Shown piece after piece: positions 28,171-37,934 of a stretch of 64,000 bases of DNA; positions within the stretch are counted from its first letter, which is position 1; each line of letters opens with the position of its first letter. The notes under the pieces are model-generated. The model was not told where the DNA came from. It saw only the letters and a list, made by a program, of their open reading frames with translations, and made no database searches. The stretch covers positions 224,001-288,000 of the forward strand of contig CAXXNO010000012.1 of assembly GCA_963663235.2 (NCBI GenBank), in the 5' to 3' direction. This stretch comes from Dehalococcoidia bacterium (lineage in GTDB: Bacteria; Chloroflexota; Dehalococcoidia; Bin125). The position numbers were made by a program, and so were the translations under genes.

Positions 28171-28671
28171 TCACGCAGCCCCCGTCACCGACGTGACTTC
28201 TTCGCTTCGCGGCGCAGCGCCCGTCGCGCGCTTGGCGTCCAGCGCGGGCCGCTCCCCCTCACCGGCGAGGCAGCGCTGACAGCGACCGTAAACCTCCAGC
28301 CAGTGCCCCTCCATCGCAAAGCCGGCCACCCGCGCGGCTTCGCCGAGCAGTTCAGGGATCCCGCACTGACTTATGTCGCGTGTGGCGCCGCAGGTCCGGC
28401 ACACAAGGTGGTGGTGATGGCCCCGTCGGCTCCAGCGATAGAGCAGCCGCCCATCATCCTGGATCACCCGGCAGATGATGTCGGCATCGACGAGGAGCTT
28501 CAGCGTCCGAAAGATGGTTGCCCGACCGACCCGTGGGAGCTCGCGCTGGATCTCCTCGGCGGAGAAGCGCTCCGCCGCCGCCGCCGCCGCCGCCAGCACC
28601 GCCAGGCGCGGCGGTGTGAGGCGAACGTTGCGGTCCTCCAACAGTTGCACGACCTGCGCCAACTGGGACAT
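28171..28671 (-). CDS. Fur-family regulator (Zur-like)
   Basis: RLTPPR, RATIFRTL, HHHHLVCRTCG and YGRCQRC motifs; first gene of the metal ABC operon. Confidence 0.9.
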   Translation of the reverse strand: MSQLAQVVQLLEDRNVRLTPPRLAVLAAAAAAAERFSAEEIQRELPRVGRATIFRTLKLLVDADIICRVIQDDGRLLYRWSRRGHHHHLVCRTCGATRDISQCGIPELLGEAARVAGFAMEGHWLEVYGRCQRCLAGEGERPALDAKRATGAAPRSEEVTSVTGAA

Positions 28672-28711
28672 CGCCGCCCGCCTCTCCGTCCGGCCGTCAG
28701 CCGGTCGCAAC

Positions 28712-28740
28712 AGGCTATATTGAGACAAAGTATCAGTCAA
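28712..28740 (-). promoter_or_regulatory. Promoter of the Fur-family/ABC operon with a Zur-like box in the spacer
   Basis: Minus strand TTGACT-N17-TAGCCT; the imperfect palindrome TATTGAGACAAAGTATCA (28718-28735) fills the spacer. Confidence 0.7.
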
Positions 28741-28786
28741 CGCTCCGGCGCGGGCCGCGCGAAGACCTAACCTCGACGCGCCGCGG

Positions 28787-29602
28787 TCAGCGTGAAAGCA
28801 GGAGAACGGACTCCGACGGCTGCTGCGATGCCGCCGCGCTCGGCTCGTGGGTGACGATGACGCCGTCCGCGGAATCGAGCCCTACCGGCAGGTAGCTGTG
28901 CAGGATCCCCTGCCCCGTCGCATCGACGTAGAACACGCCAACCTTCTGGAAGCCGTCGCTCGTCTCCATCCACACCACGTAGGCGGAGCCGCCCTTGGTC
29001 GGCTCCAGGCCGCTCGCCACCAGCGTGATCGCCTCGTCGTGGGGGTCCCAGATCATCCGGCCGCTGGCGCGGGGCGCAGCCTGCGTTTGAGCCAGCGTGA
29101 TCACCTGCGTCTCCCGCGCAGACAGCGCGATGAGTGCATCGGCGTCCGCATTCGCTCTGGCCGCCGGAGCCGCCGCTGTGACTGAGGCGACCACCGACTC
29201 CAACCCCTCGTTGCTGGTCTCAAGCTCGTCGACGCGGTCGTGCAGCAGGACGTTCCACGTCGCCAGCCCAGCGACCGTGGCCACCGCGACGGACGCCGCC
29301 AGCGCCGCCAGCCCCGCCCGCCGCCCCAGGAAACCCATCAGCGCCGGCGGCCCGCGCCGTCCCGATGCGCCGCCCTCGTACGCCTCCGCCAGCACCCGCT
29401 CTTTCAGCCGGGGCCGCGGGCTCACGACCGGGGCGGCCAACCCCAGGGCAGCCGCCACTCGCCGGAGCGCCGAGACCGTCTCCTCACAGTCCTCACAACC
29501 CTCGTCCAGGTGATCGCTGACAGATTGCTGCTCATCCGGCTCAAGGGCGTCGAGCGCGTACGCCTCCAGGAGATCGGCCGTGCGCTCGTGACCTTCGCTC
29601 AC
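28787..29602 (-). CDS. Anti-sigma factor (RskA-like, zf-HC2)
   Basis: YALDAL...HLDEGCEDC ZAS motif, TM segment, C-terminal YVVW and VTHEP. Confidence 0.88.
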   Translation of the reverse strand: MSEGHERTADLLEAYALDALEPDEQQSVSDHLDEGCEDCEETVSALRRVAAALGLAAPVVSPRPRLKERVLAEAYEGGASGRRGPPALMGFLGRRAGLAALAASVAVATVAGLATWNVLLHDRVDELETSNEGLESVVASVTAAAPAARANADADALIALSARETQVITLAQTQAAPRASGRMIWDPHDEAITLVASGLEPTKGGSAYVVWMETSDGFQKVGVFYVDATGQGILHSYLPVGLDSADGVIVTHEPSAAASQQPSESVLLLSR

Positions 29603-29624
29603 CGCTGGCCTCCAGGTAGATCGC

Positions 29625-30290
29625 TCACGCGATCCCCTCGCTCCGCGCGGTCCCGTCCGTGGGGCCGCCGCCCGCCGCGCGGGGCTTGTCCTCAGCGGCG
29701 CGGACGGAGTCGATGGTCCCCACGCGGCCGTCGAGCGCGATGCGCAACTTCTGCATGCCCAAGCGGATGCGTGTCTTCACCGTCCCCAGTGGTGCACCCT
29801 GCGCCTCCGCGATCTCCGCCTGGGTCAGCCCTTTGAAGTAGGCCAGCTCAATCGTCACCCGTTGCTCCTTGGGCAGGCTCTGCAACGCCTCTCGCACCAG
29901 GGCCCGCTGATCCACTAATTCCACGCGGTGGAACTCCACCGCCGGCGCCTCGCTGGCGATCAACTCCCCGGCCGGCTGATCGATGATCTGACGCTCCTTG
30001 CCAGTCCGCCGCCTACGCGAGCGATACTCATCGATCGCACGGTTGCGCGTCACGCTCAGAAGCCAGCCCACAAACCTGCCCCGCTCCTCCACGTACCGCT
30101 GCGGCCGCCGCCAGATCCGGACGAACACCTCCTGGACCACGTCCTCGGCGCTGTGGGAATCTTCCAGGACGCCGTAGGCCGTGGAATAGACAAGCCGCAC
30201 ATAGCGGTCGTAGAGGGCCTCGAACGCCTCCACGCCCCCCGTGGCAACCGCCCGCATTAACTCTTCGTCGCTCTGGTCGCGAAGGTGCAC
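29625..30290 (-). CDS. ECF RNA polymerase sigma factor (SigK-like)
   Basis: AEDVVQEVF, WLLSVTRNRAID, LAYFKGLTQAEIA and PLGTVKTRIR motifs. Confidence 0.92.
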   Translation of the reverse strand: MHLRDQSDEELMRAVATGGVEAFEALYDRYVRLVYSTAYGVLEDSHSAEDVVQEVFVRIWRRPQRYVEERGRFVGWLLSVTRNRAIDEYRSRRRRTGKERQIIDQPAGELIASEAPAVEFHRVELVDQRALVREALQSLPKEQRVTIELAYFKGLTQAEIAEAQGAPLGTVKTRIRLGMQKLRIALDGRVGTIDSVRAAEDKPRAAGGGPTDGTARSEGIA

Positions 30291-30434
30291 CGAGACAGCA
30301 TAATGGAGGCGTCATCACACAACCGCGCAATCTCTACTATCGATCTCTACGTCCCGGGCGGTGGAATGGTTGTCCCGCCGGCCCGGACGGCCGGTGCTAT
30401 ACTCGGCGCCGCCGCCGTTGCGAAAGAGGGAGCG

Positions 30435-30923
30435 ATGGACCCGGAGGCCAAGAAAACCGCCCTGCGGATGATCCCGTACGGCCTCTTTGTGCTGACCACC
30501 ACCGGCGAGCGCATCGGCACCGGGACGGTGAACTGGGTCTCGCAGATGTCCTTCCATCCTCCGCTGGTGGCGCTGGGAGTGAAAAAAGACTCCCAGAACT
30601 TCGCCAACATCAAAGCGGGCGGCGCCATCGCCCTCTCCGCCCTGGGGACAGGGCAAGGCGATCTCGCCTTCGCGTTCTTTGGCGACGTGGAGGTCAAGGG
30701 CGAGACCTTCGTCTCCAAAGACAAGAGCGTCCCGTTCGAGCGCACGACCGGGGGAACGCCGGTGCTCGCGGAGGCGCCGGCGTGGCTCGAAGTGAAGCTC
30801 GTTGACACCGTCGAGGCCGGCGACCACGCGGTAGTCGTGGTGGAGGTAATCGATGCCGGGCTTCGCGAGCAAAAGCCGCAGGTCCTCACCCTCAAAGAGC
30901 TAGGTCTGAACTACGGGGGCTGA
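30435..30923 (+). CDS. Flavin reductase family protein
   Basis: IPYGLFVL, WVSQMSFHPP, GDH and terminal YGG motifs. Confidence 0.88.
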   Translation: MDPEAKKTALRMIPYGLFVLTTTGERIGTGTVNWVSQMSFHPPLVALGVKKDSQNFANIKAGGAIALSALGTGQGDLAFAFFGDVEVKGETFVSKDKSVPFERTTGGTPVLAEAPAWLEVKLVDTVEAGDHAVVVVEVIDAGLREQKPQVLTLKELGLNYGG

Positions 30924-30948
30924 TCGCTCCCGCTCACGCCGTCCCCAT

Positions 30949-32007
30949 ATGCCAACCGCCACCGACGCCCTGGGGCGCACCGTCACCCTCGCCCAGCCGG
31001 CGACACGGGTGATCTCGCTCGTTCCCAGCGTCACCGAGTCGGTCGTCGCTTTCGGTCGCGCATCCAGCCTGACGGCCGTGACCAAGTTCTGTGTAGAACC
31101 GCCCGAGGTCACAACCGCCCTCCGCAAGGTGGGCGGGACGAAGAATCCAGACCTGGAGGCGATCCTGACGCTCCAGCCGGACTTGGTGCTGGCGAACGTG
31201 GAGGAGAACCGCCGCGAGGATGTGGAGTCCCTCATCGCCGCCGGGCTCAACGTCTTCGTGGGCTATCCGCGCACCGTCGCCGCCGCCGCCGAGGAGCTGG
31301 AAGCGATCGCCCAACTCGTGGGCGGCATCCCCGGCGGCGCCCTGGTCCGGAGCGCACGCGAGGCGCTGGCGCGCCAGCAGGAGCTCAATGAGAGCCGTCC
31401 GCGCGTCCGCGTCTTCTGCCCGATCTGGCGCAACCCGTACATGGCCGTCGGCGGCGACACCTATGCCGGCGACGTGATCCGCTTGGCCGGCGGAGTGAAC
31501 GTCTTCGAACACCACCCGAGCGGCGCCCGCTATCCCCAGGTGACGCTGCGGGAGATCACGGCCGCCGACCCCCAGGTGATTCTGCTCCCAGATGAGCCCT
31601 ACCAGTTTCGCGAGCGGCATCGCGATGAGTTCCTGGTGCATCGCGACATCGAAGCCGTGCGCGAGCGACGCCTCTTCCTGGTGGACGGGCGCTGGCTGAC
31701 CTGGTACGGGCCGCGCATGAGCGATGGGCTGCGGACGGTCGAGATACTCCTCGACAAAGCACGCCGGGAGTGGTCGCCGCCGCCCGAGGAATCGAAACCG
31801 AAGCGCGCATCCACGCGCTCGTTAACGAAGCCCGCCGGCGCGAAGTCGACGAGCAAGAAGCCGGACGCCGCCGGCACGGGCCGTTCGTCCGGCAAGCGCC
31901 GTTCGTCCGGCAAGCAAAGGAGCCCCCGAGACGCGGGCACTCCACCGCTGCCGCCGGGCCTGCGCCTGAACGTCGATCAACAGGACGTCGTGGATGAGGG
32001 GCGCTAG
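30949..32007 (+). CDS. BtuF-like helical-backbone (cobalamin/Fe) binding protein, no signal peptide, basic C-terminal tail
   Basis: RVISLVPSVTE, VGGTKNPD, EEN, PDEPY and WYGPR motifs. Confidence 0.8.
   Translation: MPTATDALGRTVTLAQPATRVISLVPSVTESVVAFGRASSLTAVTKFCVEPPEVTTALRKVGGTKNPDLEAILTLQPDLVLANVEENRREDVESLIAAGLNVFVGYPRTVAAAAEELEAIAQLVGGIPGGALVRSAREALARQQELNESRPRVRVFCPIWRNPYMAVGGDTYAGDVIRLAGGVNVFEHHPSGARYPQVTLREITAADPQVILLPDEPYQFRERHRDEFLVHRDIEAVRERRLFLVDGRWLTWYGPRMSDGLRTVEILLDKARREWSPPPEESKPKRASTRSLTKPAGAKSTSKKPDAAGTGRSSGKRRSSGKQRSPRDAGTPPLPPGLRLNVDQQDVVDEGR
31880..31915 (+). repeat. 18-bp direct tandem repeat (x2) in a coding tail
   Basis: gccgttcgtccggcaagc occurs twice, encoding RSSGKR RSSGKQ. 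Confidence 0.8.
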
Positions 32008-32049
32008 CCGGCGGAGTGGCCGCGCACGGCTGCGCGCGCGCGGCGCCCG

Positions 32050-32634
32050 CTAGGATTGCGCGCCGGGGCTGCCCGCCAGGCCGATGGCGTCCGCGACCTC
32101 GCGCATGGCCGCGATCACTTCCTGGATGTGATCGCTGAGGTCGACTCCCAGCTCGGTGGCGCCGTTGGTGATGTCGTCACGGTTGACGGCGCGGGCGAAG
32201 GCGGGCTCCTTCATCTTCTTGCGCACGGACTTCACCTTGACGTCATGGATCGACTTGCTGGGGCGCACCAGCGCCACGGCCACGATGAAGCCGGCCAGTT
32301 CGTCGACGGCGTAGAGCGTCTTCTCCATCGGCGACTCACGCGAGACGCCCGTGGCAGGGTTGTGTGACTCCACCGCGCGCGCCAGCGCCTCCGGCCAGCC
32401 GCGATCCCGCATGATGCGAGCGCCCACCGTGGCGTGCTGGTCTGGCTCGGGGAACTTCTCGTAGTCGAAGTCATGGAGCATGCCGGCCATGCCCCACGAC
32501 TCCTCGTCCTCACCGGTCTTCCGCGCGAACGCGCGCATGACGCCTTCGACGGCGAGCGCGTGCTTGCGCAGCGATTCAGATTGTGTGTGCTCACAGAGCA
32601 GCGCCCAGGCCTCATCGCGGGATGGCGAGTCCAT
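32050..32634 (-). CDS. HDIG/HD-domain metal-dependent phosphohydrolase
   Basis: LRKHALAVE, LHDFDYE, SHN and DELAGF motifs. Confidence 0.88.
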   Translation of the reverse strand: MDSPSRDEAWALLCEHTQSESLRKHALAVEGVMRAFARKTGEDEESWGMAGMLHDFDYEKFPEPDQHATVGARIMRDRGWPEALARAVESHNPATGVSRESPMEKTLYAVDELAGFIVAVALVRPSKSIHDVKVKSVRKKMKEPAFARAVNRDDITNGATELGVDLSDHIQEVIAAMREVADAIGLAGSPGAQS

Positions 32635-32667
32635 GGTCCACCTCCATACCCGCAGGATATCCGCTGG

Positions 32668-33492
32668 CTAGATCGCGCGCCCGGTGTCGAAGAGGAGAGC
32701 GCGGGCCAGGATCTCGCCGGCAAGGATGGCGCCGGTCACCAGGTAGAGCAGCCCCGTGGCGGACATCATCGACCGGATGCGCGACGAGGACCAGGCCATC
32801 CAGGCCAGCACGATGGGAAAGGCCAGACCGACGCCGACGCGCAGCCAGAACGCGCGATTGACCTCTAAGGCCTCATCGCGCCCGCCGGCCGGGATCTCGT
32901 TGACGGACGTCGCAACCCCCACCACCAGCAACGCCACCTGTGCCCCCAGGATGAGCAGCAGCACCACCGTCGCCTCGTTGAGCGGCTGGGCGGGGAGCCG
33001 CGGTGACACCAGATACCAATGCCCCAAGCTCAGGCTCACCGCCGCCGTCCCCAGCGCCAGCGTGCCCGCCAGCAAACTCAGGAACAGCAGCCCAACACTC
33101 CAGACCGGGAAGCGCAGCATCACCGCCAGCAGCACCAGCACCGCGACGGCCAGAACGGACAGCACCCCGCTCAGCGCGAGCCCCGTCCGCTGCCGGTTGC
33201 CGTACAGCACCCCAACGTGCAGCACACTCAGCGCCGTGATGGCCACCATGAGGGCGCGCACCGCGTCCAGCGGCTGCGTGTCCAGCCGGTAACCGCTGAC
33301 CGCCTCCCCTTCAAGCGTGAACGCCATCCACAGCGCCAAACCGAGCGCGAGCGGGATCATCAGCGTGGTCGAGCGGACGAAGCCGGGCGTCGTCTTCCCG
33401 CGCAGGGCCACCGCCGCCATCACGATGACGGCGCCGAGAGAGAATTCGACCAGGATCAGAAACAGCACGTAAGGGAGGGCGTCAGATTCCAT
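32668..33492 (-). CDS. Multi-pass membrane protein (LGHWYL motif)
   Basis: About 8 hydrophobic segments; LGHWYL and SATGLLY motifs. Confidence 0.7.
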   Translation of the reverse strand: MESDALPYVLFLILVEFSLGAVIVMAAVALRGKTTPGFVRSTTLMIPLALGLALWMAFTLEGEAVSGYRLDTQPLDAVRALMVAITALSVLHVGVLYGNRQRTGLALSGVLSVLAVAVLVLLAVMLRFPVWSVGLLFLSLLAGTLALGTAAVSLSLGHWYLVSPRLPAQPLNEATVVLLLILGAQVALLVVGVATSVNEIPAGGRDEALEVNRAFWLRVGVGLAFPIVLAWMAWSSSRIRSMMSATGLLYLVTGAILAGEILARALLFDTGRAI

Positions 33493-33512
33493 CCGTCAGG
33501 CGCCGACCCCGA

Positions 33513-33719
33513 TCAGATCTTGAGCGCCAGGATCTCGCGCTGGAGGCCCTCGTCGCCGATCTCCACCTGCACGTTCAAGACCCGAAACCGCCGGTGGCCG
33601 CCGCCCCGAGTCACCACAAAGGTGTCGCCCTTGCTCCACAGGTAGTCCGTGTCCAGCGTATCGATCAACGATTGCTTCCGTTCCGTGAACGGGTCCGACT
33701 CCCACAGCTCCGTCAGCAT
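33513..33719 (-). CDS. Small hypothetical protein (68 aa)
   Basis: AAGGAGG RBS before MLTELWESDPF...; beta-rich composition. Confidence 0.6.
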   Translation of the reverse strand: MLTELWESDPFTERKQSLIDTLDTDYLWSKGDTFVVTRGGGHRRFRVLNVQVEIGDEGLQREILALKI

Positions 33720-33834
33720 TGGCCCGCCTCCTTCACGTCGCGGCCCCGCCTCAGCCTGAGCAGCGATGGCCGTGCGGTCAAGCCGCCGCGCGCCGTGGCA
33801 CAATGAGGGAGTGAGGATAAGGGACGGCGGCGGT

Positions 33835-34362
33835 ATGCGAACCCGGGCCATGTGGCTGATCAAGGCTCTGGCCGAGTCGGGGCACGAGCAGGAAGAGCTC
33901 CTCCTCGACGCCTCCGAGGCCGACGCCCAGCGCCATCCGCTGCCCGGCGAGTGGTCGCTCGTCGAGATCGCGGGCCACCTGCGTGACCGCGAGTCGATCA
34001 CGGCGTACCACATGGAGCAACTGCTCTTGGAGACAGCGACCAGCCTGCGCCTGCACGATCTGGAATGGCTGGATCCGGCGCCCGAGTACGGCGACGCCGG
34101 CCTCGGCCACCTGCTGCGGGCGTACGCCGCCCAGCGGCGCTGGGTCTGCCACATGCTCGTCGCGGTGGCCTCGTGCGATCGGGATCCGAGCGCGCATCAC
34201 CCGTTCATGGGGACCGTCTCCGTGCTCCGCTTGGCCGACGCCCTCCACGACCATGACCTAGAGCACCTCTGGCAGGCGCGCCGCCTACGCGCGGCGTTGG
34301 CCGTTTCCCCAGCGCGGGCGGCCGGCGCGGACGCCGGCGCCCCACCCCACCGCTCCGCCTAG
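33835..34362 (+). CDS. DinB family protein
   Basis: GEWSLVEIAGHL and HDHDLEHLWQ His triad pattern. Confidence 0.8.
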   Translation: MRTRAMWLIKALAESGHEQEELLLDASEADAQRHPLPGEWSLVEIAGHLRDRESITAYHMEQLLLETATSLRLHDLEWLDPAPEYGDAGLGHLLRAYAAQRRWVCHMLVAVASCDRDPSAHHPFMGTVSVLRLADALHDHDLEHLWQARRLRAALAVSPARAAGADAGAPPHRSA

Positions 34363-35267
34363 GCCCGTCCTCGCAGTTGGCGGACCAGCCGAACGATCCC
34401 ATCGGTCCTGCCCAGCAGCGGAATCAGGTAGACCCCAGCGCACCACGACCGCACCGTCTCGACGAACTCGTACGCCAACTCCAGCCCCAGCTCGGCCGCG
34501 CCGTCGCCTGCGGATTCCAGCCGCTCGACCATCGCGCCGGGCACGTGGACGCCCGGCACGTTCTCGGCCATGTAGCGCGCGTTGCGGCCGCTGATCAGGG
34601 GCATCACGCCCAGTACCACCGGCCGTCCGATGGACTTGGTGCGCTCCAGAAAGCGCTCGACAGGCGCCGTCTCGTACGCCGGTTGGGTAAAGAAGACGTG
34701 CGCGCCGCGCTGCGCCTTGTCCTGCAGCCGCGCGATCTCGGCGTCGAGGTCGGGGTTGTTGGGGTTCGCCGCCGCCGCGATGGTGAAGTCCGACCCTGCG
34801 CCGAGCTCGTTCCCGGCCGAATCGACACCCCGGTTGAGGGTCGCGATCAGGCCGATCAGCCCTTCCGCCTTGACGTCCCACACCCCCGTGGCGTTGCCGT
34901 ATTGGCCGAGGCTGGGCGGATCGCCGGAGAGCGCGATCACCGTGCGGATGCCCAGCATGTGCGCCCCGAGAAGGTCCGACTGCAAGGCCATCAAGTTGCG
35001 GTCGCGGGACGTGAAATGGATGATCGCCTCCAGCCCGGCGCGCTGCTGCACGGCCAGCGCGAACGAGAGCGGACTCATCCGTACCGAGGCCATTGGACTG
35101 TCGCCCACGTCCACGCAGTCGACGCCGGCGTCGCGGAGCGCCGCGGCGACCTCCAACCCCCCCTCGGCGGAGAGGCCGTGCGGCGGGTCCAGCTCCACCG
35201 AGAGGATCCACTCCCCCTGGTCCAGCATGCGCCGAAAGCGATAGTCCACCGGCTTCTGGCGAGTCAC
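34359..35267 (-). CDS. metF: Methylenetetrahydrofolate reductase (YitJ C-terminal type)
   Basis: SVELDPP, HFTSRDRN, SGDP, FTQP and VPGV motifs. Confidence 0.85.
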   Translation of the reverse strand: MTRQKPVDYRFRRMLDQGEWILSVELDPPHGLSAEGGLEVAAALRDAGVDCVDVGDSPMASVRMSPLSFALAVQQRAGLEAIIHFTSRDRNLMALQSDLLGAHMLGIRTVIALSGDPPSLGQYGNATGVWDVKAEGLIGLIATLNRGVDSAGNELGAGSDFTIAAAANPNNPDLDAEIARLQDKAQRGAHVFFTQPAYETAPVERFLERTKSIGRPVVLGVMPLISGRNARYMAENVPGVHVPGAMVERLESAGDGAAELGLELAYEFVETVRSWCAGVYLIPLLGRTDGIVRLVRQLRGRA

Positions 35268-35342
35268 AGGCGCCCCTTCGCCCCAGGGACAGTATGGCGC
35301 AGAGAGCCGCACCGAGAGGCCGCGCCATCCGGCCCAACAGCG

Positions 35343-35367
35343 ACGGCCCGCCGATCGGCGGGCCGTA
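35343..35367. terminator. GC-rich hairpin downstream of iscA
   Basis: acggcccgccg-at-cggcgggccgt inverted repeat; no clear U-tract. Confidence 0.4.
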
Positions 35368-35391
35368 CGAGAGGCCTCAGCGAACCGTCGG

Positions 35392-35775
35392 TTAGCAGCA
35401 GGAGCGGGCCTGATCGGTGCCGGTCTGCTCGGCGGTATCGAACGAGGTTCCGCAAGCGCAGGTCTTGGCGGCGTTCGGGTTGGAGATGCTGAAGCCCTGC
35501 TTCATCACGTCGTCGATGTAATCCACGCGCGCGCCGACGAGCAGCGGGGCGCTCTCGGGGTCGACGAGGAATGTGACGCCCTTGTGGATGATCTCCTGGT
35601 CGCCCTCCTCTTTGTCGGTCGCGAGGGCCATGCCGTACTGGTGGCCGCTGCAGCCGCCGCCGACGACGAACACCCGCAGCGAGCCTTCCTCGTAGCCCTT
35701 ATCCTTGAGCATCGCCGCGGCCTTCTCCGCCGCCAGATCCGTGATGGTCAGCAACTGGGGAACGATCGTGGTCAT
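35392..35775 (-). CDS. iscA: Fe-S cluster assembly A-type carrier (IscA/HesB/ErpA)
   Basis: GGGCSG.QY, NPNA..TCACGTSF; AAGGAG RBS. Confidence 0.92.
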   Translation of the reverse strand: MTTIVPQLLTITDLAAEKAAAMLKDKGYEEGSLRVFVVGGGCSGHQYGMALATDKEEGDQEIIHKGVTFLVDPESAPLLVGARVDYIDDVMKQGFSISNPNAAKTCACGTSFDTAEQTGTDQARSCC

Positions 35776-35963
35776 GTGCCCTCTCCTTCGGCGCGCAGGC
35801 CTCGGAACCGCACGGATTGCCCGACTAACCGTAGTATACGGCAAGCCTGGCCGATCATCCAACCGGGGCCGCCCGTAGGACTTTCTCTACCTGCCTGTAT
35901 CTTATTGACCGCGGCCGATTCCCGTCTATAGCCTAAGGGCGCAGAGACCCGGCTGAGGCGCCG

Positions 35964-37133
35964 ATGCCCGACCGCATCTACCTGGATCACGCCGCCACCA
36001 CCCCCATGGACCCACGTGTCCTGGAGGCGATGCTGCCGTACTACCGCGTCGCATGGGGGAACCCTTCCGGCATCTACATGGAGGCCCAAGCCGCGCGCAG
36101 GGGGCTGGACGATGCCCGTGAGCGCGTCGCGGCCGTCCTGGACTGTGCACCCACCGAGGTCATCTTCACCTCCGGCGGCACGGAGGCGGACAACCTGGCG
36201 ATCCGCGGAGTGGCCGCCGCGCGCGCGCACGCCGGCCGGCACCTCGTGAGCTGCGCCATCGAGCACCACGCCGTGCTGCACACGCTGGAGAGCCTGGAGC
36301 GCGAGGGCTACGAGGTGACCCTGCTGCCCGTGGACGCCGAGGGCTTCGTCGATCCGGCGGCGGTGCAGGCCGCCGTGCGCGACGACACCACGCTGGTCAC
36401 GATCATGGCCGCCAACAACGAAGTCGGCACGCTGGAGCCCGTCGCCGAGATCGCGCGGGCGGTCAAGGAGCGCAACCCCAAGACCATCGTGCACAGCGAC
36501 GCCGTCCAGACCGTCGGCGCCATCGACATTCGCCCGGACGTCCTGGGCGTTGACCTGCTCTCGCTGACGGCGCACAAGTTCTACGGGCCCAAGGGCGTCG
36601 GCGTGCTCTACGCCCGGACGCACACCCCGCTGGCGCCACAGATCCTGGGGGGCAGCCAGGAGCGCGAGCAGCGCGCAGGCACGGAGAACGTCGCCGGGGC
36701 GGCCGCCCTGGCCGCCGCGCTTGAACTGGCCGACGGCGAACGGGAGCAGCGCTCCGCCCATGTACGCGCGCTGCGCGACCAGATGTGGCGCGAACTGCGC
36801 GAAGGGATCGACCGCGTCGTGCTGACCGGCCCGCGAGACCTTGATCGGCGGCTGCCCAACAACCTCAGCGTCTGCTTCAGCGGCGTGGAGGGGGAGAGCA
36901 TCCTCTTGCTCCTCGACATGGCGGGCATCGCCGCGAGCAGCGGCTCCGCCTGCACCACCGGCTCCAGCGAGCCCAGCCACGTCCTCACCGCCATGGGCGT
37001 CGACGACGAGCTGGCCCACGCGGCGGTGCGCCTCACCTTCGGCGCCGACAACGATCACGCGCAGGTCGAGCGGGTGGCCGGGGAGTTACCGCAGATCATC
37101 CAGCGCCTCCGCGCGCTCTCGCCGGCCGTCTAG
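35964..37133 (+). CDS. iscS: Cysteine desulfurase (group I, IscS/NifS)
   Basis: YLDHAATTP, GNPS, TSGGTE, EHHAV, AHKFYGPKG and SSGSACT motifs. Confidence 0.93.
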   Translation: MPDRIYLDHAATTPMDPRVLEAMLPYYRVAWGNPSGIYMEAQAARRGLDDARERVAAVLDCAPTEVIFTSGGTEADNLAIRGVAAARAHAGRHLVSCAIEHHAVLHTLESLEREGYEVTLLPVDAEGFVDPAAVQAAVRDDTTLVTIMAANNEVGTLEPVAEIARAVKERNPKTIVHSDAVQTVGAIDIRPDVLGVDLLSLTAHKFYGPKGVGVLYARTHTPLAPQILGGSQEREQRAGTENVAGAAALAAALELADGEREQRSAHVRALRDQMWRELREGIDRVVLTGPRDLDRRLPNNLSVCFSGVEGESILLLLDMAGIAASSGSACTTGSSEPSHVLTAMGVDDELAHAAVRLTFGADNDHAQVERVAGELPQIIQRLRALSPAV

Positions 37134-37229
37134 CGAGCGCTGCCGGAGGCAAGCGGTCGTTTCTGCTATGCTTGGGACGAGAATCACAATGTCGGCGTTC
37201 CGCGCCGACCGCCCCGGAGAGGCGCCCGC

Positions 37230-37934
37230 GTGAACAGCGACGTGGACTCAATCCCGGTCCTCTCCCCCACCGGCGGCGACTCCATTGAGGCCGACCTGCG
37301 CCAGCAGTTGCTGCTCACCCGGATGGACCACATCCTCACCTGGGCGCGCCGTTCATCCCTGTGGCCGGTCATGTTCGGGCTGGCCTGTTGCGCCATCGAA
37401 ATGATCGCCACCGCCACCTCACGCTATGACATCGCCCGCTTCGGCGCCGAGGTCTTCCGGGCCTCGCCGCGCCAGGCGGACCTGATGATCGTCGCCGGGA
37501 CGGTGACCTGGAAGATGGCGGCGCCCGTGCGGCGGATCTACCTGCAGATGGCCGAGCCCAAATACGTGATCTCCATGGGGTCGTGCAGCAACATCGGCGG
37601 GCCCTTCGCGCACGGCTACAGCGTCCTGCCCGGTGTCAACAACATCATCCCCGTCGATGTCTACGTGCCCGGCTGTCCGCCGCGGCCGGAGTCGCTCCTG
37701 TCCGGGCTCATGCTGCTGCAAGACGTCATGAAAGAAGAGGGGCTCACCGGCAGGCGCAAGCGGCCGGAGCCGCCCGGCGACTTCTCCAAGATGCTCCCGG
37801 TGGACGACCCCATCCGCCGCGAGCTGGAATCGCTCTTCCCGCCCTACCACAGCCGGGACAGGCTCCCGCGGGACCCGCAGACCGGCGCCCTGCCGAGCGA
37901 CACGAACTTCGAGAGCATCGGGGGGCGCGCCTGA
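37230..37934 (+). CDS. nuoB: NADH-quinone oxidoreductase subunit B
   Basis: [21 protein letters not shown] and [10 protein letters not shown] motifs. Confidence 0.95.
   Translation: MNSDVDSIPVLSPTGGDSIEADLRQQLLLTRMDHILTWARRSSLWPVMFGLACCAIEMIATATSRYDIARFGAEVFRASPRQADLMIVAGTVTWKMAAPVRRIYLQMAEPKYVISMGSCSNIGGPFAHGYSVLPGVNNIIPVDVYVPGCPPRPESLLSGLMLLQDVMKEEGLTGRRKRPEPPGDFSKMLPVDDPIRRELESLFPPYHSRDRLPRDPQTGALPSDTNFESIGGRA

Noticed and set aside
35800-35940. IscR/Rrf2-type operator between iscA and iscS
   Set aside because: Promoter-like hexamers are present, but there is no clear palindrome and no Rrf2 gene nearby.
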